A stretch of 64,000 nt of DNA. It comes from Psilocybe cubensis (Eukaryota). The stretch spans positions 2,480,001 to 2,544,000 of the forward strand of contig CM039008.1 in assembly GCA_017499595.2 (NCBI GenBank), written 5' to 3'. The notes under the pieces were generated by a model that was given only the letters and a program-made list of their open reading frames with translations, was not told where the DNA came from and searched no databases. Below, piece after piece: positions 1 through 13,865 of the stretch (its first letter is position 1; the number at the start of each line of letters is the position of its first letter). Position numbers and translations under genes: made by a program.

Positions 1-3000
1 ACAGACGATACTGTAGCTATCAAGTGAGCTAATAACGTTTACCAATTATTGCGTATTTGACAACTTGCGCCCTTGACAGTCGTGCCATTACTTCTCAGAA
101 CCGATGTGGAGGCGGGCAATGCCGATCATCAACGTAAGTCGTGGCTTTTTCTACTACCCTTCTCTGTGATAAGAAATTCTTGGTTGTCAGTATCACCCCA
201 GCCGTGGTATATTTTCCCAAAGGGTACGTACATATCAATTCAAATCACCGACGGTAATACACTCGAACCGGATGTCAATAGGACCTATCTCATCTCTGCC
301 CCCATTATTCCATACTACTACACGCAACTTATCGGAGATGCAAAAACACCTCCAACGCTCCTAGCTTCAGCTTCGTTTGATGGGCTGGCTGTAATAGGAA
401 AGTTTCTTCATACCTACCCAAAGATTGTACTGAGATACGGTGTGTAGATGCTGACCCCTATATTCCTGGCGGTGGCGGGGCCCAATATTGGACAAACCAA
501 AATAACTTGTAAGTGATGGCTCACTTCCTTCGAGGGACTTTCAAATGCTGACTGGGCCAATCCAGCCACCGTTCTGTGAGAAACTTTGTCATTGACGTCC
601 GGCGGTAAGGAGAATATAATCAAGCCACCCAAAGAAAGCGACGTTTAACTTGCCTTCTGATTAGTGTTCCTGCAACGAAAATCCAAGGGACCGCCCTGCA
701 TTGGCAAGTAGCGCAGGCTACGTCCCTTTTGAATATTGTTGTACATATGTCTACAGCATCTAACACTGCACATAGAGGCGAGTACAGTATTTCTATCATC
801 AATGGAATTTCAAGAGCGCTGACGGATTTGCACAGGTATTTACATGGAGAATGGAAGGTAAAGAATTCAAGTCGATATGGTAATGCTGTGACTTACCATG
901 ATACCTTATGCGTTAGTGGTGGATATATGGGCGATCTTGTATTCAATGGAGGTGCGTTATTATTTACCAGGTTTCTTCTCTCTTCAGTAGATTGATCGTA
1001 TTCAAAGGAAAATATGGCATTTATGGTGGAAATCAACAGTGAGTCGCAAAAGCATCATTCATAACTACCAATACTCACAATCGCGTCAAGATTTACGGTC
1101 AAGAATGTTACCTTTAACAACGCTCAAACCGGTGTTTATAGCACATGGAACTGGGGCTGGACGTATCAAGGAGTCTTCTTCAACAACTGTCAAGTACGTA
1201 ACAGCTTTATTGCGCCAATGCGGCTAATCTAAATAGAATCACAGGTTGGGTTTGACCTTCTCACTGGAGGTTTGACCACTAATACCCAGGTAACTTCCCC
1301 GAAGTTTTCAAACGAAATACTTTTACCCTAACACCTGTGCGCCAGACCACTGGAGCTCAAGCAATTATTGACGCCGTCGTTACCAACACTCCCATATTTA
1401 TCCGCACCTCCAAGTCTAGCAACGGGAGCTTAGGAGGTTCCTTGGTTCTCAATAACATCAAGCTTAACAATGTACCAGTGGCTGTGGGTGTCGTTGGCGG
1501 CGGTGTTGTACTCCGGGGCGGTACCACCACCATCGCTTCCTGGGGACAGGGGAACGTATACCGAGGGTCAGATCCAACTGGAATCTTCTCTCAAGGATAT
1601 ATCCCGGCTCCGAACAAGAATCCTAGTCTCTTGGATGGATCCGGCAGGATTTTCAGCAGGATGCACCCACAATACGCCGACTATGCCGTGAGTCAAATCG
1701 TCAGCGTGAGGGACAACGGTGCTGTTGGAGATGGTGTCACGGACGACACGGCTGCTCTCAAAAATATATTCAAGAAGGTGAGCTGCTGCTTTCTTAATTC
1801 TGTAAATGTTTTCAAACCTGTTTGTAGTATTCCGGATGCAAAATCATCTTTTTCGATGCAGGCACCTATGTTGTCTCCGATACGGTAACTATCCCGGCAG
1901 GGACACAAATGACCGGTGAGGCGTGGACAGTCCTCGCAGGCAAAGGAAAGGCATTCCAGGACCAGTCAAATCCTCGTCCTGTATTCCGTGTTGGAGAAGT
2001 CGGCTCTGAAGGTATACTTGAAATTAGCGACTTCGTATTCACTACCATTGGGCCTGGTGAGTAAACGCTCGTCAAATTTATGGTATATACGGTGCTACAT
2101 CCGCCTTGTTTTACAGCTGCTGGTGCAATCATCGTCGAATGGAACGTCAGGCAGCCTTGCGATTTCCAAGGTGGAGCGGGAATGTGGGATACACATATCC
2201 GGTGAGCTAGTTATATCTATCTCTTTCTATTTCCAAGCTAACTGTCATTGTTATGTATCAAATAGCACTGGCGGAGTTGCGGGAAGTAACTTGGAAGGTA
2301 ATAAATGCCCATCGAATGGCTCTGGAGGATACACTGCGTGCTATGCTGCGTATCTTAGTCTTCATCTTACTCCACTATCTTCTGCTTACATCGAGGTAAA
2401 TTACTGACATCTATTTCTTACTATTCTTAACGCAAACTAATTTTCTAATAGGGAGCTTGGGTGTGGCTAGCAGACCATGACTTGGACTATGCAGGGGAGA
2501 AGCAACTCAATATTTATTCTGGACGTGGCGTCTTGTCAGAGTCTCAAGGGCCTGTGTGGTTAGTTGGCACAGGCAAGTTGGTCACTTCATATCTACTGAT
2601 CCTAGTCAACTAATCAGCCTCGATTTATAGCTTGTACGAAATTTCTACATATTTTTTCTACGTTTTCAATATTGACATTTTATCCTTCCACCTTAGCTGA
2701 GCACCATGTCATCTATCAGTATAATATAGTGAACGCTGCTAATCATTATATGGGTCTCATTCAAACCGAATCGGTAGGCTTTTCAACTACGTAAACGTGA
2801 TTCGTGCTAAAATACATTATGCTAGCCCTACTATCAACCTTCCCCTCCTTCCCCAACACCTTTTAGCATTAGCCTTGCTATGAAGGATCCGGCACCCTAT
2901 AACCCAAACCCATCTGCATGGGCAGTCTCAATAACGAATTCACACAACATTCTTATTTTTGGAGCCGGACTGTACAGCTTCTTCTCCGTACGTATTTCGT

Positions 3001-3270
3001 CGACTAGAAGTTATTTGAACGAACACTTACCCTTGCTCATAGAGCTACTCTCAAAATTGCATTAACACCCGTAACTGCCAGGCTCAGTTGGTCAATATCG
3101 ACACCGCTTCCACCGGCATCGATATCTATAGTCTTTCTACTGTCGCGACGACGTACCAGGTTAGCGTGAATGGTGTCGGGGTGATTAATCAGTCCCAAAA
3201 TGTGAACGGTTTCGCCTCCACCGTTACCAGCTGGAACCGAGACTCGCTAATCCTCGTTTGTGCAATGTGA
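1..3270 (+). CDS. GH55 exo-beta-1,3-glucanase (Lam55A/ExgS-like), multi-exon, 5' end outside window
   Basis: Spliced translation gives TDDTxAIN, YFPKGTY-like, WQVAQATSL, GAVGDGVTDDTAAL (second beta-helix repeat), WxADHDLD, GRGVLSESQGPVWLVGTASEHHVIYQY, IFGAGLYSFF; many short GT-AG introns; stop at 3268-3270. Confidence 0.92.
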
Positions 3271-4027
3271 TACGTCGGAGAGAGAGGAGTCTGTCATTAA
3301 TAAATACATCAACAACTTTAATGTAATATAGAACCGAATCTTATTTTTTATTCTTTTCAACGCTTTTAATTGAACCACAGTAGTCAAGAGGATATTCTGC
3401 CGTGAATGTTACTACGATGGTATGAATGGTGATTCACATATCTGACTTGAGGCGTCCAGGTTACCTCAGTGTGAGAGCGCGGCAAGGTGCGGGCTAGCGC
3501 TGATGCTATCAACATGATTGCCAGTGCCGACCCTTTTAGCTCCCGACGCATACTTATCACGACCATCACTTTTCCTCTATTGTCTTGCGGAACTATTCCT
3601 GAATTCTAATCAGCTCAACGTCGCGCCTACTGTGATTCCATATTCTTGACTATTGTCTGCCTATTCTTGTCTTCCCAAGGATGTGCCTTTCTAGGTCATG
3701 TCGCGTGCAAAGACAATAAGGTGGGGGTTAGGTTATGACGGCATGTGTAAAAGCTGCCACCTGACAAGCCTGGATCACAGTAATTCGCCGCTTTTTGTTC
3801 TCCCTGGTCCTAGGTATGTACATATATCGCTGTGGGGTATTCCTGATTAGAGCACCATTCCCTCCTTGGCGACTCCCTACTCGGATTTTGCGCACCCGAG
3901 TCTCTGCTCCTGCTCTCATCACCCACGAACTACTGAGGTTTCTGTGATTCCTTGAAAACGTCTTACAAGTTTCTTCTTGCTTGATTTTAATACTCTTTCC
4001 CTCTATATCTCTTAATTTCACTGCATC

Positions 4028-5399
4028 ATGACTCTGCCAGAATTCAAAATCGTCTTTCCTCCTCCCCCACCTACGACTAACGAACTTACGGCCCATCAAC
4101 GCACACAGCTCGTTCGCAAAACGAGAAAGATAGAGCAGCTACTGGGTACTACCCCAAGGCTCCTCGATACGTCTACTAGGCCTGGAAGTAAGTGTAAATT
4201 TCTCCTATGCAGTTCAACGTTGCTTATTGCGTCCCTAAGGCCCCATTCACGTCTCATTCCCTCATTCCCTACCCCAACGTCGGCTCACTAAGACTCGCCG
4301 ATCCTCAATCGACTCTACATCCTCTGCATCCTCATCCGGCTCCGGTTGTGTTAACCGATCCTCTTCCCTCCGAGTATCAAGATCGAACTCGAATTTGCGT
4401 CCGATAAATGGGTTCAAGCATCTGAGCTCGGAAGCGAGCATCGCCGAACTGTTTTCCGCGTATGAGTACGACAATACCGCTCCTCTTCTGCGGCTTGCTA
4501 TGGAGTCCATGAGCCTGGACACTATTCCCGCATCGCCTGATCCCACCCGCGAATCGTTTGCAGTCAGCGAGGAGAGACCTGCTTCTACTGTATTCACCAC
4601 AGACGATGCATCCTCATCACCCCGAAATTCCCTCGTGCTGGAACCACCACCCTCTGCAAACAGCCTGCGCAAGCAGAAGATGGACCGTCTTCGGAAGAAA
4701 TTAGGCTCGGACGTGCCCTTCGACCTCGTCTTTCCCAACTCCAGGGAAAGCAGCTCCGAAAATACTCCCCCGCGCACCCGCGACAAGGCGTGTCCACCTC
4801 TGCCGGCCCCTTCACCGCGTCCTGCCAAGAGGCGCATCGCATCATCGCGCGACTCTATCTCCGAGAGCGTGACCATCCATCGCGCCGCGCGGCGTCAGCC
4901 CGCCCGCCCGCACTCACCCTCCACTTCTGTGCGAGATAATCGTGAGCCTCTGACGTCGACGCGTCACAAGAAGACGCGCTCTGAGCCACAGGCACCGCCC
5001 AGCTTACCACCTCTCAATTTCAAGCGAAATTTATCCTTCATCATCGAGAGCCCTGAGGAGCATGGCGCTGGGTGCACTGAGGAGTTTGGAATCTCTCATA
5101 CGTCGTCCAAGTCAGAGAAGACGGATGTTAAGGCTGGATGGGTCGTACAGGCGTACAATGCAGACGACGCCGAATTCAAGCTGTGGAGCACGAGGAAAGG
5201 CTATGAGGGTTGGAATGAAAAGAAAGCAAATCTTGCTCCCATTTCCACCATCTACTTCCCTTCTTCGAATGACAATGATAGCTCCCCTTCTTCTGCATCG
5301 TCTTCTCCACGTTCCTCTACAACTCCGGATGCTGAACTCAAACGACGTTCTTCAAGCTATCGCAAACCCGCTCCGACTATTCCCATCGAGCTGTTTTGA
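4028..5399 (+). CDS. Hypothetical Ser/Pro/Arg-rich disordered protein, 2 exons (intron 4188-4239)
   Basis: ORF 4028 joins in frame to ORF 4395-5399 through a GTAAGT...TAAG intron; two similar basic helical motifs (RKTRKIEQLLG, RKQKMDRLRKKLG). Confidence 0.7.
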
Positions 5400-5872
5400 T
5401 ATTTTTTATTTCCTGCAGAAAGCCGGATACCATGCTTCTTAAAACTCTCTCCTCTCAAAATCATCATACATTTTGTTAGTTAGCTACAGTTTCAGAGAAA
5501 CTACTCATCCCATCATTTACTTGTCATTACGATTTCACGCTTATCTCGACCTCTTGCATTTTCCTTTGTTCTACCTCATCTCTCTTGCACATTTATCATC
5601 ATGTCCTTAGCATTGTCTCTTGCATTTTCTCGATTTATTATTGCATTCAAGTTAACATCACTCAGAATGATGGCGCGCAAGTTCTTGTGTTTAGACGCTC
5701 ACGCTCATCACGCAATTGCGATCGATCTAAATTAAGACAGATCAAATGATGTCATAGCTTTTGTAAAGTGAGGCAATTTCAATGACTGATCATCGAAATG
5801 AAGACTGGTATTGTTACAAGTCGATGTTAATGATAACTATAATACAACATGGAATGGTTCTCCTTTGTGCAA

Positions 5873-6775
5873 TCAGTTCTTGACTGACGCTTTCTGTTCC
5901 TCTGTAGGGAATTTGGTGAACATGTCCTTCAGCTTGTCAATCGGAGCGGCCATGAGACCAGCCAATGTCTCAAATGGTGGCTGATCAGGGGCACTTGGGT
6001 GGGATCTATCATCCATGGTTATCGAGTTTTGTCAATAAAAACTAGTATACCAATGGTAAAAACTCGTACCGAGTAGGGACAAACTTCTTGGTCCGCTTGA
6101 AACTAGCGGCCGCATCCTGTGAGCCTTGTTCGCCGATGGCTTTCTGCAAAAGAGGAAGGTCTTCTTGCTCCTCGCTATCATTGTGTGGCTTCAGGTGATC
6201 AACGATGTTTTTGAGAAGGTCCGCATGTTGGGATGTTCCTGGTTTGAGCGATTCGAGTTGGTATAATAGGTTCTTGACTTCCTACGAGATAACTCAGCGT
6301 TAGAGTGTTTCGTTAAATAGAACATTGGGGATTGTCTTACCTGGTGGTCAGATCTGTCATTGTCTGCCAGTTGCTTTCCCTTTTCACCGAGATGTTTTTC
6401 CATGAGAGGATAGATGACTAATTCCTCTCCAACTGCATGACGAGCGACTTCCCAAGTGAACTGATTGGCCCAACGTTCCTGAGCATCCACATCGCCGGTG
6501 CTCTTAACATATTGGTCGTAATAGGTGTACATCTAAAAATGATATTAATAAATCTATCTAATGCGGTAGTCATGAATAAATCAACGCACCTCTTGGTGGT
6601 CGTCAGCGACAGCGTCGATGAGGGCACCGCCGACGTGGTTTGTGATTTGATACTTAGACATTACTGTTGCAAAAGCTCGAAGAGAGAATTTGTTGAGGGA
6701 TGGTTTGAGGTAAAGCCGCGATGGTTGTGCGAAAGCTCCACTTAGACGGAATGAAGAAGAGAGACGAATATACAT
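5873..6775 (-). CDS. Hemerythrin/HHE cation-binding domain protein with possible mitochondrial presequence
   Basis: Spliced motifs DHQE, RHAVGEELVIYP, DRSDHQ, PHNDSEEQEDLP (H / HxxxE / H / HxxxE pattern), then PTRSHPSAPDQPPFETLAGLMAAPIDKLKD; TGA at 5873-5875. Confidence 0.88.
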
Positions 6776-7662
6776 GACAGCGATTAATGAGAGCAACTTT
6801 ATGTAGTCTTCGAGGCGTTTATACGCGGACCAATAGAGCCAAGACATGTGGGCCCTTCATCTGTGAAATGACATCATTTCTGACCATTAGAACTTTTGAA
6901 ATATTGAACTTTTGCGCCTAACCTGATCGACTTGAGTTATCTTCGTGGAGCCGCAGTGTATTATGACGTCTACTCATCACCACCAGTTATCACCAAAACT
7001 ACAAAAACATTGGCCGCTCTTTCAAGTTGCCCATAGAAGTATGCACCGTTTATAACATAGATTTTAAAGAAAAGTTGGATTTGTAGAAAGTCTTCACCAA
7101 GAAGGGTAATGAGTGGGCGTCAAGAATGCCTAGAGTTATTTATAGATTTGCGGGTGCATAACCGCCCGCACCAACCGATCATCCAATGAAATTTGTGCAA
7201 ATTGTAATGCTTCTTGAGTACTTCTACACCACAGAGTTACTTCATAGCGAAGCATTCGATCATCCGACCGCCATATTTACATAAACTTGGAGTATGCTAA
7301 AGCTCTCTCCAGGTGGTGGAGCAGTACGTTCGATGACCGATGTATTGTAAAGTCGTTTGAATTTCATATACAAATGTGATGACTACATACTTTTGTTGCA
7401 TTCCGGGAGTATTACGCTACAATTGGTTGTCCAGAACAGTTAGAACAGTCTACGTTAAAACTAATTAATGGTAAATTATATGATGCTTCGCGAACGATGA
7501 TGAGTGACGAGTTATACAATGAGTTGAAAGTGGTAATCGCATTAACGGTGTTCATGGAATCTCTAAGGATAGAATAGTGGGACGTGAAGTAATGAAGGCG
7601 GTGAAGTTGGATTCGTTGCAAGATGAAATGATCATGCGGGTGATCAGAGTGACAGGGAGCGA

Positions 7663-9818
7663 TCATGGAATTCCTGCTTGTTTTTCTGATTCCGCTGCCT
7701 TCATCGCCGCAGCGATTTTCAAGTCCTATAGAATAAGGTAAACTTCGTTTTCTCAGGGACTCAAATAAAGGACTTACGATGCATGGAGCGTATTTACTGT
7801 GCGATCGGATAGTGGGGCCGAACTTGTAGAAGAGGAAAGGACTTGGAACGAACAGGAGACCGATAAGGCCGAGAAGTGTACACGACCAGTTCACTCCGAG
7901 CTAGAATTATCGTGCATCAATATGAAGCCAGTGATCTGAACGCAGTAAAAGCTTACTTTGGTGAACATCTGGGTGGTGAACATGGGGAATGCGGCAGCGA
8001 CGGCAGATCGAACCATGGTGTTGGCAGCAAACGCAGAAGCGCTGTACATTCTGATAGACAAACACAGGTCAGTAAAAGTCGTTGTGATTGCAATGTTTGA
8101 AACTCACAGATAGGTATCGACAACGTAACTCTGAAATTGTAATGTAAGAAAAAAAATAATCATATACGGTGGCCATTACTTACCAAGAACGACATGAAGA
8201 TCAAACTGATTCCAGTGCCGACGAGGATAGTGCTGAGGCCAGGAACATACCACGGGATGCTGGAATATTCGCCAGTCCAACCGAGCCAGAAGATGCCTAC
8301 AACGAGGACCGGGCTACCAATCATAGCGCCATACAGACGGTCTTCGGGTGGAGGGAACCCTTTCCATTTCTTAATGAGCTCGGGGTAGTGCGCTGACGCC
8401 CAGAAGTTGATAGCGGATCCGATGGTTGTACCAATTCCAACGCCTATGAACATCAGGCCGTCTTCTGCGATAGTGAAACCGCGTCTAGCCACGAAAACGA
8501 CAGGGAAGGCCTGAAACACTTAAGTGATAAAAATTGTGTGAGCGCCGTATTCGTGATCCGAGAGAAACAAAGACTGACAAGCATAAAGAAGACCATATAC
8601 GATTGACAGGTAGACAGTGATAAGCATGAGGATGGGTTCACCAAGTAGCATGCTGAAAGGCCGGAATAGGGTTCGTTGTACAACCCCTTTGAAGGACCAG
8701 TCCTGCTTCTCATGCTCGGCATAAAGGTCTTTGCTTCCCTCAGGATCCTCTTTTCTCAGTCTCTGAGTTTTCTTAAGAAGAATCACGGGAGCGTAGGTCT
8801 CTGGGAGAACGGGAATAATGATAAGGGTGCAAGCACCGGCGAAGAAAAACATGACCCAGAAAATCCATCTCCAGGACGCAGGACTGTCAACGATACTATA
8901 CATCATCGGTGATCAGCTCAAATTCAGCAGTTAAAAAGATGAACAAACTCACTATCCGGAAACAATGGGGCCCATGACTGGACCGAGGAAGACACTAGCG
9001 GTATAAAGACTGGTGGCAGGACCACGACCCACAGCAGACCAGATATCGGCGATGAGGCCTCCTGCGTTGTTCATGGGTCCGACAGCGAAAAATCCAGACA
9101 GGAATCGGGTAACAAGGAGTGTGGCCATGTTCTTCGCGAGAGCTTGACCGAGAATGCAAAGGGTATATGCAATCATAGCACCAATAAAGATTGGTCTACG
9201 TCCTACGAGCTCACTTCCAGGTCCCCAAAATGATGGCTAGACAGAGAAAAAAACAAGAATGAGGCTAATGAACAAGAAAGCACGGACTTTGACGTACACC
9301 AAACACGTAACCAAGCAGGAAAACCGTTGTAATTAAATACGACACCTCTTTGGAGGTGTTAAATTCAGCCATGATTTCATGAGCGGCTGATGAGGGAGCA
9401 GAGGAAGCAAAAGTTCTGGAAAAACAAAGAGTTAGTCAAAAGGGAAGAAAAAAATAGCGACAGGAACGTACACATTAACAGTCATGATGATACACGATAT
9501 AGTAATGAGCCATTTTCGCGCAATCGACCAATTCTGAGGATTTGTTGGGTCTTCTGGACCATCCCAAGTCACCATATTCGGATCGCGGTTTGGTACAGGC
9601 AATGGCATCTTCTTTCCAACCTCCTTAACCTCAACAACTGCAACTTTTGGCGATTCCTCATCTTTGCTTGGAGAGGCAACACTGGACTCTGCATTAGATT
9701 TTAACTTTTCATCCGAATCACGAAAAGCCTGAGGCGCAGACGGCTCCAAAATAGTAAACGACGACCTCGTAGAGTTGGTCGCCGTGTTAGCGTCTGGTGG
9801 GGTCGGGGGATGAGACAT
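7663..9818 (-). CDS. MFS drug:H+ antiporter (DHA1 family, TPO1/FLU1-like)
   Basis: VTWDGPEDPTNPQNWS, SELVGRRP, WRWIFW, LPETYAPVIL, PPEDRL and SAFAANT motifs across ~9 exons; multiple hydrophobic segments. Confidence 0.92.
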
Positions 9819-11113
9819 GAAACAGGATGAAGAACCATTTCGAAAGCGACCGAGGCCTATTTACGCTTTTTTTGATAATGCAAATAATTTGCACGGATGG
9901 AAAGCCGGGAATCGGGAAGCAGATGGCCTGCGTAGCGGTCCTTTGTGGATAAACATCGCGGTCACTCCCCTGTAATACGAGAAACGTATGATGATGGCCG
10001 ACCCCGAAGTTCCTAATTTAGCAACAGGTCAAACAACGTCATGCTGTATCGGTCATGTAAACATGTCGGTGCCCCCCGATACTGAAGCATTGCGATATTA
10101 TGGAGCTATACTTGTCAAAATTAATAGGCAGTTTACAGTAACGCTCTGAAGCAGTTCAGCAAGGAAGGGACGACTCGACGAGAAATTTGTTATCAAGCCG
10201 ATAGCCGCCTGCAAAATTTTCTGCCGATTCCGTAGATTTTGAAACCCTTGACTGGCGGCCGGTTGAGTGGCGGGTGGTGATAATGTGTAAGGCGTAAATA
10301 GTCAATTGAGCCCCAAAATATCACTTTGGGCGTACCAGTGGCTCTAGGAGCAAAAATTGCTATGATAATGCAGCATGATAGTCAAATTCTCTGACATCAT
10401 TCTTAGCAACAATTTGAGTCGTCGAGCCGGCGAATATCGTTACCGGTTCCGATGCTTGCCAGGGCCAATCTTATCAAAAATAACCTAATGCCGTCGGCGA
10501 GGACCATGGTTGTCAACCTTGTCAACGGTCATGAACACGCATTTGTAACGCTGAGTAAAGAAATGAGCAATGAATCGTTTCTTTAAATCGATATTCTTAC
10601 ATCAGACAATGAGGCACTTCTCCTCCAGAGGCAACTCGTCCTAATCCCTTCTAGGTCTCGAAGCGGAGGTTGTTTGAGTTGGATACTAAAAATAGACGGC
10701 TATTTGTATTTCACTTCCGGTCCTCTACCCTACGGGTAGGCTTGGCAGGTCTTTGGCCGACGGAACGCGTTGACCACGCGGCGAGTGGTCAATGCATATG
10801 TCCCTATGTCATCATCGGTAAGCTTTCCGGAACAGTGCATAGCGGTCTACTCTTCGTTTGAGATGATTGGAAGAGTAGCATAGCAGTACTAGTGGAGTTG
10901 CATTTGACATCGCCATAGGCAAAATACTATCTGAAGTTGCGTGCTTTTCGTCAAAACGATTCACGAGAATAGTGCGTGATCGAGCGCACCATAAATTATC
11001 CTCATTGATTTGTAAAAGGGCTAGGATATGTTACATATAATACATAGAAATGTTTCCACTGAATCACAGAATAAAACTTACGAAAGAGATCCTTGCTGCA
11101 GAAAGACGAAGGT

Positions 11114-13370
11114 TTATTTCCTGCGGTATCGACCTCCTTCGACCGCTGCTTCCTTTGCAATCTTGTCTTTTTTTCGCTCATGCATTTCTTTAGCCTTCTT
11201 GTTGATATCGCTCGCTTCTTGAGTACTAGGAAACCCGATATCCCAATACGCTGGAGGCGTAGCAGCACGATCCCAATTATGGCGATGCCGCGAAATGGCT
11301 TTCTTATGAGAGTCAATATCGGATTGACGAAGTACGGAGCCGGAAACGTTCGATGGAGAGTGCGCGCGTCGGCGATGCTCCTCGGGTGAGGAGGATAGAT
11401 GTGAGTGTCGCGGGCAAGGCTTGACAGGTGTATTTGGAGGAGACCGCCACAATGGCTGTTTCAGCCGACTCGGAAGCGGCCCGACGTTTTCGTAATACTA
11501 AGTATAACGGGTCAACCATTGGTTACTGATGAGCAATGAGCAATGGACAGCAGCCAGCTCACCTCGCGGCAACACTCGCAGTCCCCCGCATTCAATTTTC
11601 GGCGTTCATCTCGGTTTCTGACAACTTCATCGTACTGGAAGTTCTTCCCTGCATTCTGAGCAGGATCGATTTCGTAAAGAGCGTTGATACTGGTACTGCA
11701 TCGGAACAGCGTGAGTCATTTATCAGAGCAGATAACAGATAAACTATACGTACTCTTGAGGACCTTCTGTCGGTTTGCTGTACCTTCCGCGTCCTTTGAA
11801 TGCCGAGTAGTCCTCCAAATGCTTTTGCCCACGATTCCGCGTCGTGAGTGGGGTAACAATAGCGTTATCACTTTCCTTCGCCTTTTCTTTCGAGGAAGGC
11901 CTAGGATCAGAGTGCGAGATCCTTGAGACATCAGTTAATGCTGAAGGTTCGCGACGGAGCTCGTGGCTGTTCTCGCTTAGCCTACGAAGTTTGTTGGGTC
12001 TTTCTGATTCACGATGTAGCTGGAATGGTTCTATAGTCCTAATGGCTTGTACAAAATCTGTGCCGAAGCCGCTAACTCGACTTGACCCAGCTATCGGGGT
12101 GGGTGCCGGGATTTTGGTTATAGTGATTTCTCCTGTCCGACTGTTGGTCTTTTCGATGGGAATCGCTGGTATATGGATGAGAAAAAGCATCAGAAAGGTA
12201 AAATGGCCATACCTTGCGAGTCATCTTCAGTCTCTGAAGAGGCTTGTATATGCGGCTCTATCGAGGGGGAACTTGATCTATTTAAATTAATTGGACTTGA
12301 CCTGACATTGGCATTAACTAGGTGTGCAACAAGGCAAATTTATGACCACTCACGAAGGTTCCGGTTTCACTTGAATGGCATCTGGCATTGGTTGGGCTGC
12401 AAGGGGTGTTGTTGGTATATTAGCAGATCGATGCACATTGAACACAGTTGGTGAAGCTGAAGGCGCAGTCATATTTGTGACTGTTGAAAGCAGAGATTTG
12501 CGAAGTGGCAGAGCCTGCGCTGCTTTCGAAGGTGTAGGGGATTCGGACCCAAATCGTCGTTTACGTGTAGTAGCGACAGGCGTGTTTTGGTTCTCCTTGT
12601 CATGTTCATCCTCTTTCTTAACCCGAGGAGAGTCTACAAGGGATTGCATTAGCAAGATTGGTTATAGCACGAAACATATACATACCTATGGCATCCTTGC
12701 GGTCAGCAATCATTTTACGCAGCCTGGTTCGGTGTTCATCGATGAGTAACATTCGTCTTTGTTGCTCCTCTAACGAAATGCCGGGTTCATATTCATACTG
12801 ACGACTTCGTATATCCTCCGGATGATGTAGACGGTACGTCTTCTTCCAATTCTTGAAATCAGACTGGTACCTCTTGGTAGCACGTTCTCTGATCACAACA
12901 AGTGCGTCATATTGCTTTTGAAGCTGACTGCGTGTTCCATCAGGGAATATACAGTGAAAAAAGAGCAATGCCACATACGCGTGTTCCTTCACAAGTTTTC
13001 GATTCTCTAGCTCAGTTTCCTTGCGTTTTTCTTCAGCACCTTTCAGCTTGGCCCGAATTTCCTCCGTATCCGCCTTATAGACAGCTAATTGTGCCTCAAC
13101 TTCTTCCAGACGCTTAAACGCCTCCAGGAGTGTCATAGGGTAGTCCGCGGAGTCGATGGCGACCTGTGCTTCAAGTACATCGCTATACCCAAGTGACTGG
13201 GCTAGACGTTGGCCAGTATTGCGATAATCAAATATAGTCTTCAGATGTTTATCGTTTTGGTGCTTCAGTCTTTCCACCTTTGCCTCTAACTCGCGGATTT
13301 GACTCTGGTACTTGTCGTGGATGGCATTGTCTCTGTCCCGCAGAGAAGTGCTCGTGTAAGTGGTATTCAT
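11114..13370 (-). CDS. SAE2: DNA end-resection factor Sae2/CtIP/Ctp1 homologue
   Basis: N-terminal coiled coil; C-terminal EVVRNRDERRKLNAGDCECCREYY (CxxC), ISRHR, TPPAYWDIGFPSTQE, the CtIP/Ctp1 C-terminal signature. Confidence 0.88.
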
Positions 13371-13865
13371 GTTGTATTATGTGATTCAGAGTTCATATCA
13401 CTGATAGGGCATAGAGTATTTGTTGGTGTACGAGAACAAGGATTGCCAGTGGTCAAGGGGCACCGAATGGACAGGGATTGTTTGGGTTGTGCCAGGGCCG
13501 TTAGTCACGGACGCGCTGTGGTAACAACAGTCACAATACACGTGATCGAGTTCAATAATTCAACGGCTTACAAATTACAGCGGCGATTCAAATGGGTAGT
13601 CATACTCTAGACCTCTATGGTGTGTACTGGTGTTCAATGAACCACTAATAGGGTTAATTCATGTCATAATTAATCTTTAGAGCTCAGTTTCTACGTAATA
13701 TTTTACGACTTGGGGATCCTAGACATAGAATTTGAAAGTGGCGGAGACTGGCGGAAACCAAACTCAAAGAGGAAAAAAATAGGTTACATAATCAGAGATA
13801 CCGATTCTTGAGTCGGATGACGACGAGCTCAGAGTCAACATTCTCGACAGACACGTTCGAAAAGC

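Noticed and set aside
4262-4876. 204-aa minus-strand ORF
   Set aside because: Antisense to the Ser/Pro-rich gene; no independent motif or splice support
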